DNA of 63,344 nucleotides, filler included, from Atractiella rhizophila (lineage: Eukaryota), in NCBI GenBank assembly GCA_021432655.1. It is 19 parts of 19 records of this genome, joined end to end, with 100 filler letters (N's around TTAATTAATTAA, not from the genome) between each part and the next. Parts side by side here need not be neighbours in the genome. Positions count along the whole stretch, not along the records: positions 23,744 to 26,987 come from MU272556.1; positions 27,088 to 30,331 come from MU272557.1; positions 30,432 to 33,666 come from MU272558.1; positions 33,767 to 36,990 come from MU272559.1; 15 more parts are not named here. One strand, given 5' to 3'. Positions 23,744 through 36,990 of the stretch are shown here, one piece after another. The notes below the pieces were generated by a model. That model was given only the letters and a program-made list of their open reading frames with translations. It made no database searches and was not told where the DNA came from. The translations under genes and the position numbers were made by a program. Numbering within the stretch: the first letter of the stretch is position 1; the number at the start of each line of letters is the position of its first letter.

Positions 23744-25522
23744 GGACAATCCTCGATATTCCTTTGTAACATGGTCATACAATTCGCTCTGAAAGTTTCC
23801 TCGTCCAAATCACAGTTCGCAATCTTGGTAGCGATCTCAATCGCGTCCTCCAGCTCTCTCCTTCTAGAATCATGCGGATCGAGGTGTTTAAGCATCTCTA
23901 ATCACCCAACCAAAGGGCACATCAGCACTTACTTCAGCGGCATGAGAAGGAAAGGAACATACCATCCATCAACAATCTATATCTAGGAATCCTCTGAATG
24001 GGCTCCATCAACAGTTCTCGCAATCCCACATTCCCAATGCCTCCCGCTCCATTGCCTGAAGTCTGCATCTTCGTCTTCTCACAAAACCTACTGAATCCGC
24101 TCCTCCACTGGGACGTCGTAGCCATGAGGGAGTTCTCTATGCCTTTCGCTTGTGGATAGGAGGAGAGATAAGACGTGTAGGGGACGGAGAACCTCGACAT
24201 CTGTCATCATTTGCATCTTGTATCAGATCTTGACTTTCTTCAGGATGGAAGAAGCTTACCCAATCCTTAATTATCCCGGCCCATTCCACTCCCGCTCCCC
24301 GCTCCACCTCTTCTCCAACCCTCATCCCTTCCAAAACACCCAGGAACTGCTCATTGAGACCCAACAACGCCTCCACGTTGCCAAACAGGACCCTAGCCTC
24401 GAAAGGGGGTATGATCAACGAGTTCTTGTCCTTTGCAAAAGTCCGCAGTGGAAGCGCGTAGTTCTGTACTCAAGGCAATCAGCTTTTCCATCATATATGT
24501 ATGACCGACGCGATAAGAGAGGAAAACGTGCATGCCATAGTACCCCTAGTCGCCTCACGTAGCTTCGTTCGGTATCAACCAACTCTCGAAGTCGAGAGGA
24601 GAGAGCCTGTGGGTTGTGTCTTGCTGTTTTTTGGGGCATAGAGGAGAGGGAGGAAGGAAGGGGATGAGAGGAGAGCGCGCGGGAGAGTCGGCGCAGGGGA
24701 GGGAGGGAGGAGCCGAGGTAAGGGAGAAGAAGCGATGTGGCTGTTCCAAGGTTGAACATGGTGATCAGTACATTGGTTGGGAATTTCAAAGGGGAGAGCG
24801 AGGAGTCTCATAGTGTTTGTACGACTCTACCCTCACCCTAGTACAGGAAAGAAAGACGAACCATCTGGAATTTCCCACCCGCCGTCTCCAACCCTCATTC
24901 CCTCCACAACCACATCGCAAAAGAGCGGTCTGACCCTCTTATACCTCTCTCCATACTTCAAGCTCCCACTCCTCGAGGTGCTGACAGTGCCTTGGGTCAC
25001 AGTCGTGCTCGAGGTTGATGCGGTCAGCTGTCTCTGTGGGTGAGGTGGATGTGGATGCGGATGTGAATAAGCATGAGGTTGCGGATTGGGATGTCTGCGG
25101 ATAGTGCCTATCCCTGCCGTTTCGATAGAATCCAACGAGTTATTCGCCTCCTCTTGTGCCTTCTCCTTCTTCGCACCCTTCCCAGCTTTAACACCTCTTT
25201 CGCTTACATAACTCCCACCATAACTGCCATAACTGCCCACGCTCCCTTCGTAGCTCCCACTGGCCGAATACGCGCTCTTCGGCCGCGGAATCCCACTCCC
25301 ACTCCCACTCCCACTGCCGGCTGTGACTACGGACGCATTTCGTTGGTGAGAGCGATGGGACTGATGTGAGTGCGCCGACGAGGTGGACGGTGTGGAAGAA
25401 GCCGAGCCGGCGGTGGAAGAGGTGCTGCTCGATTTTCCGAACCAGTTACGCGTGGACTCGGCTGACCGCTTCTTCTGGAGCTTGTTGGGGGACGGCGGAG
25501 GGGGCGAGAGGAGGGATGGCAT
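23744..25522 (-). CDS. RhoGEF (Dbl-homology domain) protein, 5' part
   Basis: Ser-rich N-terminus then RELVDTERSYVRRLGVL, IIPPFEARVLFGNVEALL, GLRELLMEPIQRIPRYRLL. Confidence 0.88.
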
Positions 25523-26325
25523 TCCTTGTTGTGATTGTGGTCTGTGATTTGAATGAAGATGAGAATGAAATGCTGTGCTGGTGCAATGCGACGTGATATA
25601 TCGATGTGAGGGAAGCGTGATGGCGATGGTATGGCAAAGGGAAGGGAAGGGAGGAAAGAACAAGTTGTTTTGATGATCGTCCTCACGCGAATTAGACCCC
25701 TAACCCTATTTACTGCGGATTACTCTCTTTCTTGTTGTGATCTCAGCCTCAACTTGGTTGGTGGATCAGATGGACTGAGGCTGAGAGGATGAGAGGATTG
25801 CTGAGGAGTACAAGAGGAATGGGAGTGGATGAGAATGACAATTCGTGAGGTGTGTGCTTCCGCCAGTTAAATTCTGGAATAGAAGCGTCGAGTTCTCTCA
25901 AGCTTGATGGCACTGTCTATCGTGCGATGTTGACGCAAAGCTATGGACCTCTTACCCTGACACAAACCTGATGCTTAATTACACCCTTCCGGTAATTGTG
26001 TGTTACAGGTGTGAGAGAATGCGGGACTTTCAATGTTTTAGGTTCCGATTGGGTCATTTATATTTTCGTTCTCTCGTGAGCCATTGCTTGCATGTCTCTT
26101 TCTGTCGAAAAACCGATAGAACCACCAGAGTCGTGGACGGCATGTTTAGATTCAATGGATATAAGACAGAAAACGTCTACATGCTGCTCTGCTGAAATTT
26201 TTCCAAAAATTCGCCAAAAACACCAATTGTAGCAGTTGAGAATATTGATTGCCTATTCTGTCATGGAACAACTGGGCGTATGGATATGATCGTTAGGACG
26301 CGGTCTAACCCGTAAGTGACACAAA

Positions 26326-26987
26326 TTAGTAGAGCACGCACTGCACACAAAACGCTCTTGATTGAGCTGCTCGCAATTTTATAATGTATTCCTCGTCCCC
26401 AGCTCCACACGACCGAGCGCGACCGAAATTGTACGTGGAGATACTTGTAGTTGATAAGCTGTTGGAAGCCCCAAGAGTGTAGGGGTACCGGTCTTCGATC
26501 TTCGACCATCGATGTTCGTTCAAGAGCAGCGTTGGGCGCCATTCATCCATTAGATGAAGAAGTGTTATTTCCTCACCAGCAGGACTGGAAAGCGTTCCGC
26601 GTGAGGTTGGACCAAAATAATGTTGCCTCTTGAGCCTGCTGGATAACATAATCAAAGCGGCGGTCCGCACCGTGCGGATGGGCTGAAGATTGTGGATGGC
26701 AGCTGAGGGTGGTGCGATTCTGCGATGGAGCAAGCGTCATTGCTCAGGCATGATTGCGGATGCAAGAGTGCTTTGTCTACAGCCCAGCCCAGATATTTAT
26801 CGTTTATCGTGGTGATGACATCTGGCGCCGGAAGCCATTCCAGACCGGGAATGACACACCCTTCCTTTTTCCGGCGGGTAGTGGTAATGGCGGAAAATAA
26901 AGTTCGCTTTGTTTCTGACGTTACCGACAATGACCAACTCCCTTACCGTCGCGGCGGGAACTTCAAGTTGAATGTCGTCCCCTCCAG
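26326..26987 (-). CDS. Hypothetical protein, 3' fragment with introns
   Basis: Open exon-like frames (CVIPGLEWLPAPDV..YLGWAVDK; LKRQHYFGP..CVQCVLY*) separated by GT-AG intron candidates; no family recognised. Confidence 0.3.
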
Positions 26988-27899
26988 NNNNNNNNNNNNN
27001 NNNNNNNNNNNNNNNNNNNNNNNNNNNNNNNTTAATTAATTAANNNNNNNNNNNNNNNNNNNNNNNNNNNNNNNNNNNNNNNNNNNNCGACAGGTCAGCC
27101 TCTAACACATCTCCATATGCGGACAGTACTCACATGATGATTTGGCACAAGTAAAAGAACATCCTGCTAGGCCCACTACGGTCGCTTTGGTGAAAGGGCA
27201 CTAAATGAGCTGGAAGCAGGAATCACTGATTCTGATTCACTGTTTCGCGCATCCGAGCGTCAGGACAGCCTGTACGAACGCAGTGTTCGCATGATGTACG
27301 CGCCATTGCGTTATCGGATATGAGTGATCTTTCAACAAGAATTGGACTCTGTCTGGCCCTCAAAACAGCCACTGTGAGGCAAATAAAAGAATAAGAGTGT
27401 TCTAAGGAGGTATTGTCACCACTGAGATTGAAGAGACACCAGAAAAGTACGTTTCCCACTTTTACAGCTGAGGGGTGGGACTTGTTGCGAGTTTTGGGTT
27501 GTTGAAGTTTCGGTGCGACTTTTTTGGCCAATTACGAGGTATAGAACAGCTTCTTGCTGCTCGAGCTTTTGTAAAAGTTATATGTTTAAAGACTTAGACT
27601 TCTTCGCCTCAAAAGATATTGGCATGAGTTCCGCCAGCCAACTCTCCCGATGTCAGCCAACCAAATGTGTACCAATGCAGGTTTCTGACAAAAGCGTGCG
27701 CACTGATATACCTACAATTTTCACATACATTCCAAAGCCGTGCGGTTCCAAGCTAAATATTCCACCTCTAACCTCTCGCTGGATGGTAACAGTACATCTG
27801 CTTCACCTTTAAATTGTGAAGTGGGAGTTTGGAGTCTCCGTTTGGGCTTTGATCTACAAGAACAGCACTGATATGGGGATACTCCACAGAATTTTTCCA

Positions 27900-29634
27900 A
27901 TGCCATCACCACGACCGCCGATTTCTGTGCGAGCCTTTCGGCGTTCCTTGCATCTCTCCTCAACGCTACGCAGTGGTAAACCCCTTCAACCTCCATCGTT
28001 TCCCTGCCTGGACCAACACGACGCGCGCACCGCCAAAATTCTTTCCAGTCGTCAACAGAACGCTCCGCTCGAGCCTGATGACGCAGGACAAGGTGACTAC
28101 GATTATTAGGAAGGATGCGCAAGTCCACTCTCTACTCGCGACCCGCTATGAGCTGTAAGGAGGGTACCTACTAGGGTGTCTACGTATATCAAAAAGTTGC
28201 GGATTAAGTAGATTTCCAACTTAACTCGGGCGTGTAATAGCTTATCTCTCTGGTCGCCCTTCGCGCTAGGCATAGAAACACTTCAATGGGGGGGTAGAGG
28301 GAAGGAGGCTCAGGAAGTTCCGAAGACCTTTACCTCTACTACCAGGCCACCTCGGTATCGTCGGCGGGCTCTTGCAACGTCGTCTATTGCTTCATGACTA
28401 GACACAGTTCTCGAAAGGGTCCAGGTTATTTGAAGAGGGTGGTAGGAAAGAGACCTAAGCGGAGACACGAAAACCGTACTGATCTACGACTTTCTGGTCA
28501 TACTTCCTCATACCGCAACGAGAACAGAAGTAACTCGCAAGGGGTGCAAAGCATCCGTTACCACATCAACCCATCTCCGTGCCTCCTCATCTGATCACCC
28601 TTTCCGAGTAATACACACATATACACTATCCTTCACCCTCTACCTCTCCTTATCTACCAAGTCCCGGGCGAAAGACGAACCCCAAGCCTTCCTCCTCACT
28701 TAAAAAGGGTTGTGCCTGCTGCCCGCTCTTTGGACTACACCTGNNNNNNNNNNNNNNNNNNNNNNNNNNNNNNNNNNNNNNNNNNNNNNNNNNNNNNNNN
28801 NNNNNNNNNNNNNNNNNNNNNNNNNNNNNNNNNNNNNNNNNNNNNNNNNNNNNNNNNNNNNNNNNNNNNNNNNNNNNNNNNNNNNNNNNNNNNNNNNNNN
28901 NNNNNNNNNNNNNNNNNNNNNNNNNNNNNNNNNNNNNNNNNNNNNNNNNNNNNNNNNNNNNNNNNNNNNNNNNNNNNNNNNNNNNNNNNNNNNNNNNNNN
29001 NNNNNNNNNNNNNNNNNNNNNNNNNNNNNNNNNNNNNNNNNNNNNNNNNNNNNNNNNNNNNNNNNNNNNNNNNNNNNNNNNNNNNNNNNNNNNNNNNNNN
29101 NNNNNNNNNNNNNNNNNNNNNNNNNNNNNNNNNNNNNNNNNNNNNNNNNNNNNNNNNNNNNNNNNNNNNNNNNNNNNNNNNNNNNNNNNNNNNNNNNNNN
29201 NNNNNNTTCGAAGGATTGCAAGAGCTTGAAACGTTGTGGAAAGGCAACAACCCCAACAAGAGCCTCTCCTTCTTGCCCCGCTCGACTTCCTCCGGAGGCG
29301 ATGGCGTACCGCATATTCCATTTTCGAAGTCACCCGCGTTCCTCTCATCCCTCACCGATGGAATGAGCAATCTTAAGGACATTCCCACTCTTGTCATTGG
29401 TGTCCAAAGCGACGTTCTCTTTCCTGTGGAACAACAGAGGGAATTGGCTCAAGCATTGAGAGGTTCTGGTAACAAATCTGTCGTCTATTATGAACTTGAT
29501 GGCCCATGGGGTCACGACACCTTCTTGTGAGCTTTGTGTCTCATGCACTTTGTGGAAATCTGATGGCCTCCCACAGGATCGATACTGCAAATGTTGGAGG
29601 GGCTATTCGTGGATTTTTGTCTCAGTCTCTGTGA
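27900..29634 (+). CDS. Serine O-acyltransferase (Cys2/CysA-like, homoserine O-acetyltransferase family); middle part reversed in the assembly and partly in an N gap
   Basis: Arg/Ser-rich mitochondrial-type presequence plus SFPCLDQHDAR (27900-28066); reversed 28743->28067 gives [45 protein letters not shown]; after the gap LVIGVQSDVLFP..GHDTFL/IDTANVGGAIRGFL..*. Confidence 0.9.
28067..28743. other. Second reversed-but-not-complemented segment (catalytic core of the Cys2-like gene)
   Basis: Reading the + strand right to left without complementing yields about 220 codons of alpha/beta-hydrolase-fold acyltransferase with a few 1-nt indels; abuts a 463-N internal gap. Confidence 0.95.
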
Positions 29635-29803
29635 TGCCGTGGCTCCTTGGAATAAACATGATCAATGTACTTGCTGAGACGTTCTGATGCGATGGAACTA
29701 GGGAGACGTAAGGTGAATATATGAACATTTTGATTATATTTTGTACAGGAAAGCGACATTTATATACACTTAAGAATTGAGTGCTTTCTTCTGGTTTACA
29801 ATG

Positions 29804-30331
29804 TTACATTGCCATTTCTTGCCCCTGGTTTGTTCGCGAAGCCGGGGACTGCTCGATGACCTCGTTTTGTTCCACGAAGCGCGACCTCTTGCGGATTTGC
29901 GGCCCATACCTCCAAATGAGGAACAGAAAAGGCATGAGGATCAATGTCAAGCCTAAGCCATGTTAATAAAATTTACCACACACTCCGATTGCAAATTGCT
30001 TACCGGCGAGGAGTGAACAACCTCCTTGGATGGTGAGGCCGGCATACATTTGTCGGCCGACGAGTGGGAAGGCTGCGCCTAAAGCGCTTCGAAAGAAGGC
30101 GTTGCCGGCCAAAACGGATGCAGCGTAGCTGGGATAGCTTGCTGGAAGGTATGTGCAAACTGAGTTGAACAGGCAGAACATCCCTACACAATTTCGATTC
30201 AGATTTATAGATAGGGAAGCAAGAGTCCCTGTTTACCTGGAACATATAGACCTGAATGGAAATCTGTCAGTACTCGATGCCACACCAACTGAGATGAACG
30301 GACCTGCAGCGATCGTGGGAACAATCCAGTG
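29804..30331 (-). CDS. MFS multidrug transporter (DHA1-like), 3' part
   Basis: HWIVPTIA..YLPASYPSYAASVLAGNAFFRSALGAAFPL..GGCSLLA/..MPFLFLIWRYGPQIRKRSRF. Confidence 0.85.
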
Positions 30332-30430
30332 NNNNNNNNNNNNNNNNNNNNNNNNNNNNNNNNNNNNNNNNNNNNTTAATTAATTAANNNNNNNNNNNNN
30401 NNNNNNNNNNNNNNNNNNNNNNNNNNNNNN

Positions 30431-32331
30431 NAAGTGGATACCTATCGAGGTTGAAATCACGATCAACGCGCCGCTTCCGACCAGGAGGAACCGGAATAGA
30501 ATGGAGAGGGAGGATGGAGCAGAAGGAAGGGAGGAGAGAAGGGAGCGGAGAGACAGAGGTAAAGACAAGAAGGAATATCCTTCTACTTCCGCAAGTTCAA
30601 GAAGTGCGGCATCAGGAGACGTTCCTTTGCCCCCAGTATCGGTAACGAGTACGGCAGCGGCGGTGACATTTGTTGAGAAGGAAAAGAAAGCCACATCATC
30701 ATCAACTTCTCTTCCTGTGGTACACACGAACGGTTCGAATGGGGATGGAGAAGTCGAAATCAGCATGCAGAGCATGATCATCTCCTCTTCCGCCCCCTTC
30801 GCATCATCCTTATCTCATCCTTCCACCTCCGCCTCCTCCGCTTCTGTATCCACCGCTGGTACATCTAACATTTCCTCGTCCTCTACGTCGGCTAGCACGA
30901 GCCAGCTCAAACTCCCCATCCTTCCCTCTCAGACCATCTCGCCGACACCAATCCATGGGCATGGAAATGGACAGGGGGATCCAGAGCGATTGGCGTCTCC
31001 AATACACGTGGGAGCCAATGGATTGCCGAGCAGACCTCCTACTATCATTCCAGCAGTCTATCCTCAGGCAAATGCACGAGCCGTGATCTCCGAAGTGAGG
31101 ATGGGAAGAGATAGGGATGCGTTCCCTGCTGCTAATTCAGGACTCGGCATCACTACTCTACCAAATGGAAATGGAAATGGAAGTACAAGTGGAAGCGGGA
31201 GCGGGAATGGAAGTGTGTCTGGCTCTCCTTTTGCTGATAGACATGCTACTCTGTCCTCTCCGCCTGTGGAGGGAAGACCGTTGCAGAGAGAATTTGGCAA
31301 CGGATATGTTTCGCGGTGGAGTGGAGAGCGGCCATACAGGGGTGGACGAGGGAGGGGGAGAGGGAGAGGAGCTTGGGGACGCGGAGGGGCTTGGAGAAAT
31401 CAAGGCTTCGGGGGAGGGTATGGTCCGAATGCAGCGTATGGTCCCCCTCATCACAGCGGAGGACACCATGCGTTTCAGGGACACGATTATTATTTCGCCG
31501 TCCCCTATTCTTTCGTCACTGCCCCAACGGAGCAGCCACAAATCTACGCGGCGTATCCTTACCCTCCTTACTACATCGTGCCACCGCCACAAATGATCCC
31601 CCAACCGATCCCCCCACCTGTTGTCTACCAACAACCTGGTGGTCATGCTAATGGATTCGAAAGGCCTCAACCTGTCACCTATCCTGGGCCGACGGATCCG
31701 GCAAAGTATTATGTGCTCGGACAAGCGGAATGGTATTTCTCAGTCGATAATCTTTGCAAGGACATGTTCCTCCGTGGGCAGGTTCGTCGTTTTCCCCTTC
31801 TCCTGAAATACGCTAAGGCTAAGTCTGTCCTGTAACGCTTAGATGGACTCTCAAGGATGGGTTGACATCTCGATGGTTGCATCTTTCAATCGAATAAAGT
31901 CCCTGACAGACGACATGAACCTGGTTCGGGACACGATGAGTTTATCGACGTTTTTGGAGGTCAGAGATTGGAAAGTTCGGAAAAGAGGAGATTGGTATCA
32001 TTGGATTCTTGATACCGCCTCTCCATCAAAAGTCTCCTCCACACCTTCACCAAACACAAATGTTCAGCTCCCATCAACTCCGGTCACTGTTCCACACGCC
32101 TCCACCTCGACATCACAATCACAGTTGCAGTCACAATCGCAGGCGAATGGGGAGAGCGGAACGAGCAGTCATTCAGAAGAAGGAGAGGGAGAGGATGCTT
32201 GGATCGGCACTACTGCTGCTACGAGTCCGGGAGGGAGTTTGAAAGGGATAGTGGAGGAGAAAGAATCTGAAGCGCCAAGAGCCGGTCCGGGTTCGTTCCC
32301 TCTTTTATTTCAGCGCTCAGAGGTGGAGTAG
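30431..32331 (+). CDS. La-motif RNA-binding protein (LARP1/Slf1/Sro9-like), 5' truncated
   Basis: RGG box (RGGRGRGRGRG), then YYVLGQAEWYFSVDNLCKDMFLRGQ/intron/MDSQGWVDISMVASFNRIKSLT. Confidence 0.88.
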
Positions 32332-34106
32332 TGACGATTTGATGGAGATAGCAACCCAGAAGACAATGGCGATTGGATTTGACCCGGATGTCGATTCCCA
32401 TTCGCACAGACGGAGAAGGAGCAGCTCGAGACCTATTTGATCGTTGGGTCGGTCAAAGCGTTAGCTGGAGTTGTCAAGACTCCCATGCATGGTCAATTCC
32501 CGAAACGGGCTGCTGACGCGTGCAGCTTACCCGTTTAATTTCCCTTTTCAGATTGGGTTTAATTCTGGATGCCTTTTCTCATTCTTTCCTCTTCCTTTCC
32601 TTTATGATATACCAGCAAAACAACATCGATCCTCATACATTTTTGTCGTCTCTTACTATTCTACTTTTGGTTCGTGATGGACGTTCAAATGATACGATGA
32701 TGGCCCTCTTCTTTCCCTTCGTGATATGTTATTCTTTCGAAACAATTTCTTCGTTCTTGGGTCCCCTTCCCACAAGTTCGAACCCTCCATATCGTATCCC
32801 TTTCTCTGGCCAAATTAGTCTTTTATGATCAAGTTTATGCAAAAAGGCACATAAACCTTCGAAATATTTAGTCTCTGCATGACGTGAGATTGATAATCGA
32901 TTTGTTCTTCATATCTTTACTTCACACATGCTAAATAACTGGGCCTAGTCCAAATGCCTCTAAACATTTCTTTGTCCTCAACCCAACACATAGCAATACT
33001 TGCTGCCACTCAAACTTTCAGTTATTCTCCCTCTCCCACGTCATGATCTGTTTTATATTCCACGTTCCTTTCCATATATTGAAGCCACTTCATTTCATTT
33101 TGCGGCGCCTTTTTGCTTTGCATGTCATTTCAGCAGGGTTTTATTTGGCTCCTTGCCTTCTCTTGATGAAATCCTAATCCATTCTGTCTGTAGCAATCAA
33201 AACTATGTCCCATACCTCCTCCTCCGAGTCAATGTCCTTACTGTGTCGTGCTCGAAGGGTAAACAGTTTCAGCAGATAGTATATAGTATGATCTGTTGAC
33301 AACGTTGTTTCGGCATTGCAGACAACAGCAGCAATTCCTTCCAACCAGCCTTTATCCATTCATTGTTCAATCCCACACCTGGGCGGAGAGAAAGGACGAT
33401 GATGCGCAGACAGGTCAGTTGAACTGTGGGACTTGGGGGAGTGCGAAGATGATATGTGTGTCGATGTACAGAAAAGCATAAAATCTGAGATGATATTTCT
33501 TCAAGAGAACAGGTAACAAATCTTTGATATTGGTTCTGCATGAATTGAGAGAACATTGAACAAATGCTAGATGGCGTTCTGTATGAATAGGGGAGCAACG
33601 ATCTATGAAACCTAAGACGGTGTGCATGTACGAATAAAGAGAACAAACTCATCTGGGAGAAACCACNNNNNNNNNNNNNNNNNNNNNNNNNNNNNNNNNN
33701 NNNNNNNNNNTTAATTAATTAANNNNNNNNNNNNNNNNNNNNNNNNNNNNNNNNNNNNNNNNNNNNCAAAGGCTCAACCCCCGAGATTCCAAAGTTTTCA
33801 AGCTTGTGGCACAGCTCGTTTATCGATTGCTGGTCGTGATATGTGTAGGAGTAAGACATTTTCCTACGTGTAGAAACAAATAGACAGCCAAAATGATCGA
33901 ACCTTGACCTGATCCCTCTCAGAAAGCGTTTTCGTATGTCTTGCGCTGATTTCGTACAGTATATATAGCTGGAGCAAAGTCACCAAGAGTCGGAGTCGGG
34001 ATGGGGTGACGTGATGCACGTGACACCTTTGGAGCATCCAAAAATTTTGTAACCAGCACAACGAAGTCACCCTCAAGATTCCTTCAATAGTCCACAGAAC
34101 GCACCG

Positions 34107-34661
34107 ATGTCCCGCCAATACCCCAATATAATAATCACAGGTACACCAGGCACCGGAAAGTCGACGCACGCGACGAAACTGGCGGAGATGCACTCTCAGA
34201 TGAAGCATCTCAACGTTGGTGAGATTGTGAAGACCGAAGCTTTACATTCCGGATACGACGAAGAGTGGGACACCTACGATATAGATGAGGACAAGTTGTT
34301 AGATCATCTTTGTCCTATTCTGGAAGAAGAGACGGGTGGGTATATCGTCGATTGGCATACAAATGGCATCTTTCCTGAACGCCTCATCGACCTTGTTGTC
34401 GTTCTTTCTTGCGATCACACCGCTTTATGGGAGAGATTAGAGAGAAGAGGATATGAGTTGAAAAAGATTCAAGAAAATAACGAGGCAGAGATCATGAGAG
34501 TTTGTGAGGATGAAGCAAGGGAGTGTTATAAGGAAGAAATTGTGGTTGTCTTGCAGAGCGAGAGCGTGGAACAGGTGGATGAGAATGTGGGACGGATTCT
34601 GGAGTGGATCAAGATGTGGAGGAAAGATAGGGGCTTTGGGGATGACGAGGTTGAGGAATAA
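34107..34661 (+). CDS. FAP7: Adenylate kinase 6 / Fap7 (ribosome biogenesis), single exon
   Basis: PNIIITGTPGTGKST, YIVDWH, FPERLIDLVVVL, RLERRGY..KIQENNEAEIM. Confidence 0.93.
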   Translation: MSRQYPNIIITGTPGTGKSTHATKLAEMHSQMKHLNVGEIVKTEALHSGYDEEWDTYDIDEDKLLDHLCPILEEETGGYIVDWHTNGIFPERLIDLVVVLSCDHTALWERLERRGYELKKIQENNEAEIMRVCEDEARECYKEEIVVVLQSESVEQVDENVGRILEWIKMWRKDRGFGDDEVEE

Positions 34662-34887
34662 TGCCACTGGTGCGGTGGCTGCATAGGTATGTGTGTATAG
34701 CTCTTGAAGACGACCACATTGACATCTCCGCATCCAGCAAGTACTCGTCAAGATTCAAATCAAAGAGCTTCAGAGAAGACTTGCCAGTTTCATCGACAAG
34801 CGGGTACCACGGACGATATGATGTCCTTTCAAGACGATAAAATGCATCCATTCGAATGGGAACCATTTTTGCCGATCCACCACATAA

Positions 34888-36095
34888 TCACAACTTGCTC
34901 TTTCCGTCCTCCTTTACCAACAAGGCAACGCCTCCGCCCAAGCAAACCTTCCCTGTCTCCTTCACCCTCTGGATGAAATCGACTTCCACCTTATCACCCT
35001 TCTCCTCTTTCCAGATCAATGTTTCGAGGGTCTCCCCCGGGTAGACGGGAGAGGTGAATCGCGACGACATGCCCACCAGTTTGTAGCCGGGGAAAGACTT
35101 GGAGATGGACATCGCTGCATGGCCGTACGAACTGTTTTACAGAGGAATGGAAGTTAACTTAGGATGAGGATGAGGAAAAGAAAGCGAACCAAAGCCCATG
35201 TAGGATTGCGCCTTTAAATCCCATCTGCGGACCGATAGAAGGGTCGATATGGAGCGGGCTAGGTAGCCTGGTCAGATGGAGCAAAAGGAAGAGTAAGAGA
35301 AACGCACTTGTAGTCACCACTCAGACGATAGAGAGCAGCTTGGTCAGGCGATGTCTTGAGAGCGACGACAGCGTCAGGGTTTCGGCTTGGGGGTTTGGCT
35401 TTCGCCGAAACCGGGAACTTGGGAGCCACGGATTTCGAGAATCCCTGCAAGTCCTCTCATTCAAACACAAGATACGATTGGGCGAGAGGCTTACTCCATG
35501 TCCTCCAGCTCCAAAGTTGAATGAGGAGCTGACGGTTTTGACGTATTCCTTTCCATCTGGTCCAATGAGAGTAGACATGCTCTCCACAATAAGATTTTTG
35601 CCCTTATCGTGCACTCCAGAGTACTCCGAAATGAGCTTGAAGCCTTCTCCAACGAGGGGAAGCTCCTTGAGGACGATGACGCTTTGCTGCGAATGTCCAA
35701 AATCACTCCTGGGGCCTCCACAGCAAAAGGGAAATGAGAGAACAGACCTCGGCGTGGACCAGCCTCTTCGAATCCAACTTCGGCAGCCCCTTCACCTTCT
35801 CCCCCATCCTTGCAGTCTCAAAGTTCACGACTTCGTGACTAGTGCCCTTGAAGCCTAAGACCAAAGGGAAGGTAGGGAAGACCTTCATCTTCGGCGAGAG
35901 TTCGTAAACATATTGCAAGTCCTCTGCAGTCGCTCCAATGGAAAGAGCATAGAGGATAAGGTCGCGTTTCGTCCCTGTTATTCAATCCAATCCTGGTCAG
36001 CAGTAAACTAAACAGCATTTGAAGATGGACTGACAAGAAACGGCCTGCTCGCTAATTTTCTTGCCAATTACTGAGGGGAGGTCGACACCGGACAT
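34888..36095 (-). CDS. Peroxisomal MaoC-like 2-enoyl-CoA hydratase 2, multi-exon
   Basis: KRDLILYALSIGA, hydratase-2 motif YRLSGDYNPLHIDP, ILHGL, SRFTSPVYPGETL; ends in SKL* (PTS1). Confidence 0.9.
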
Positions 36096-36456
36096 ATTGC
36101 AAAGGTGAGAAGGGAAACTGAAAGGAGACGAGGCGCGGTCGTGGTTTATGAAGGGGAAGAACAGCTCTTCCCCGCTTCTTCTGCCTAACCGGTGAGCCGG
36201 CGTAGAACTTCACTCAACACGATCAACCCTCGATCACCGGGCTACTTAATGGCTTCTTGCAAATGCAAGGTAATTCGCTATTTAAGTGACTGCTGATGAA
36301 AAGGAAAGGTGGTAAAAGGTACATTTTGACTACTTAACATGACGACACAAGCATCAGAGCTGCGGAACCAGGATGGAGCGAGAAGATCTGCAAACAGGAC
36401 AAAATAGCATCAAGACGTCTTGCTAGACTCCCTGTTTTCCTTTCAGCTCACATCTC

Positions 36457-36990
36457 CTAGAGGCGAGAAGAATCAGACCCTGTGTACCGGACCATTTCGT
36501 ATTCTTTATGAGTATAGCTGAACGCCATTTCAGTGCTATCCGCACCAAAATAAGCGACTCACCCGCATTTTTCATAAAAGCCTTTGTAGACGCATCGATC
36601 CCATCATCGCGATAGCTGAGGAGAGAGAGACGCACCAATATTGTCTTTATTACAATCCAAAATACACTTATACACTCCCACCTTCTCCCCAATACCCGTC
36701 AGCGCTTCAATAACTCTCTTCCCCAAGCCCTTTCCGCGTATCTTGTCGCTGACTGCAATATCCTCAATGTGCCCCACTTTTCCGAAATTCCTCAAGAACT
36801 TCCTCTCTACAAATATTGTTCCTACTCCTACAATTTGGTCCGTAGCGAGTTCCACAATCACTACAGTGTAGTACGTTTTGGGTGTTGCATTCTTCATGAG
36901 GTTGAACTGCTCCACGTACTGGGACGGAGAAGATGGGTCTGGAGCTGATGTTAGCTGACGGAGGATGGAGAAATGGCCGCGGGAGTAGTC
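36457..36990 (-). CDS. GNA1: Glucosamine-6-phosphate N-acetyltransferase, 5' truncated
   Basis: DYSRGHFSILRQLT, VERKFLRNFGKVGHIEDIAV, RGKGLGK, YKCILDC/FYEKCG/YTHKEYEMVRY..SSRL*. Confidence 0.92.

Noticed and set aside
28650..29397. Long ORFs across the 463-N gap
   Set aside because: Their length comes from Ns; only the + frame Cys2-like C-terminus is real.
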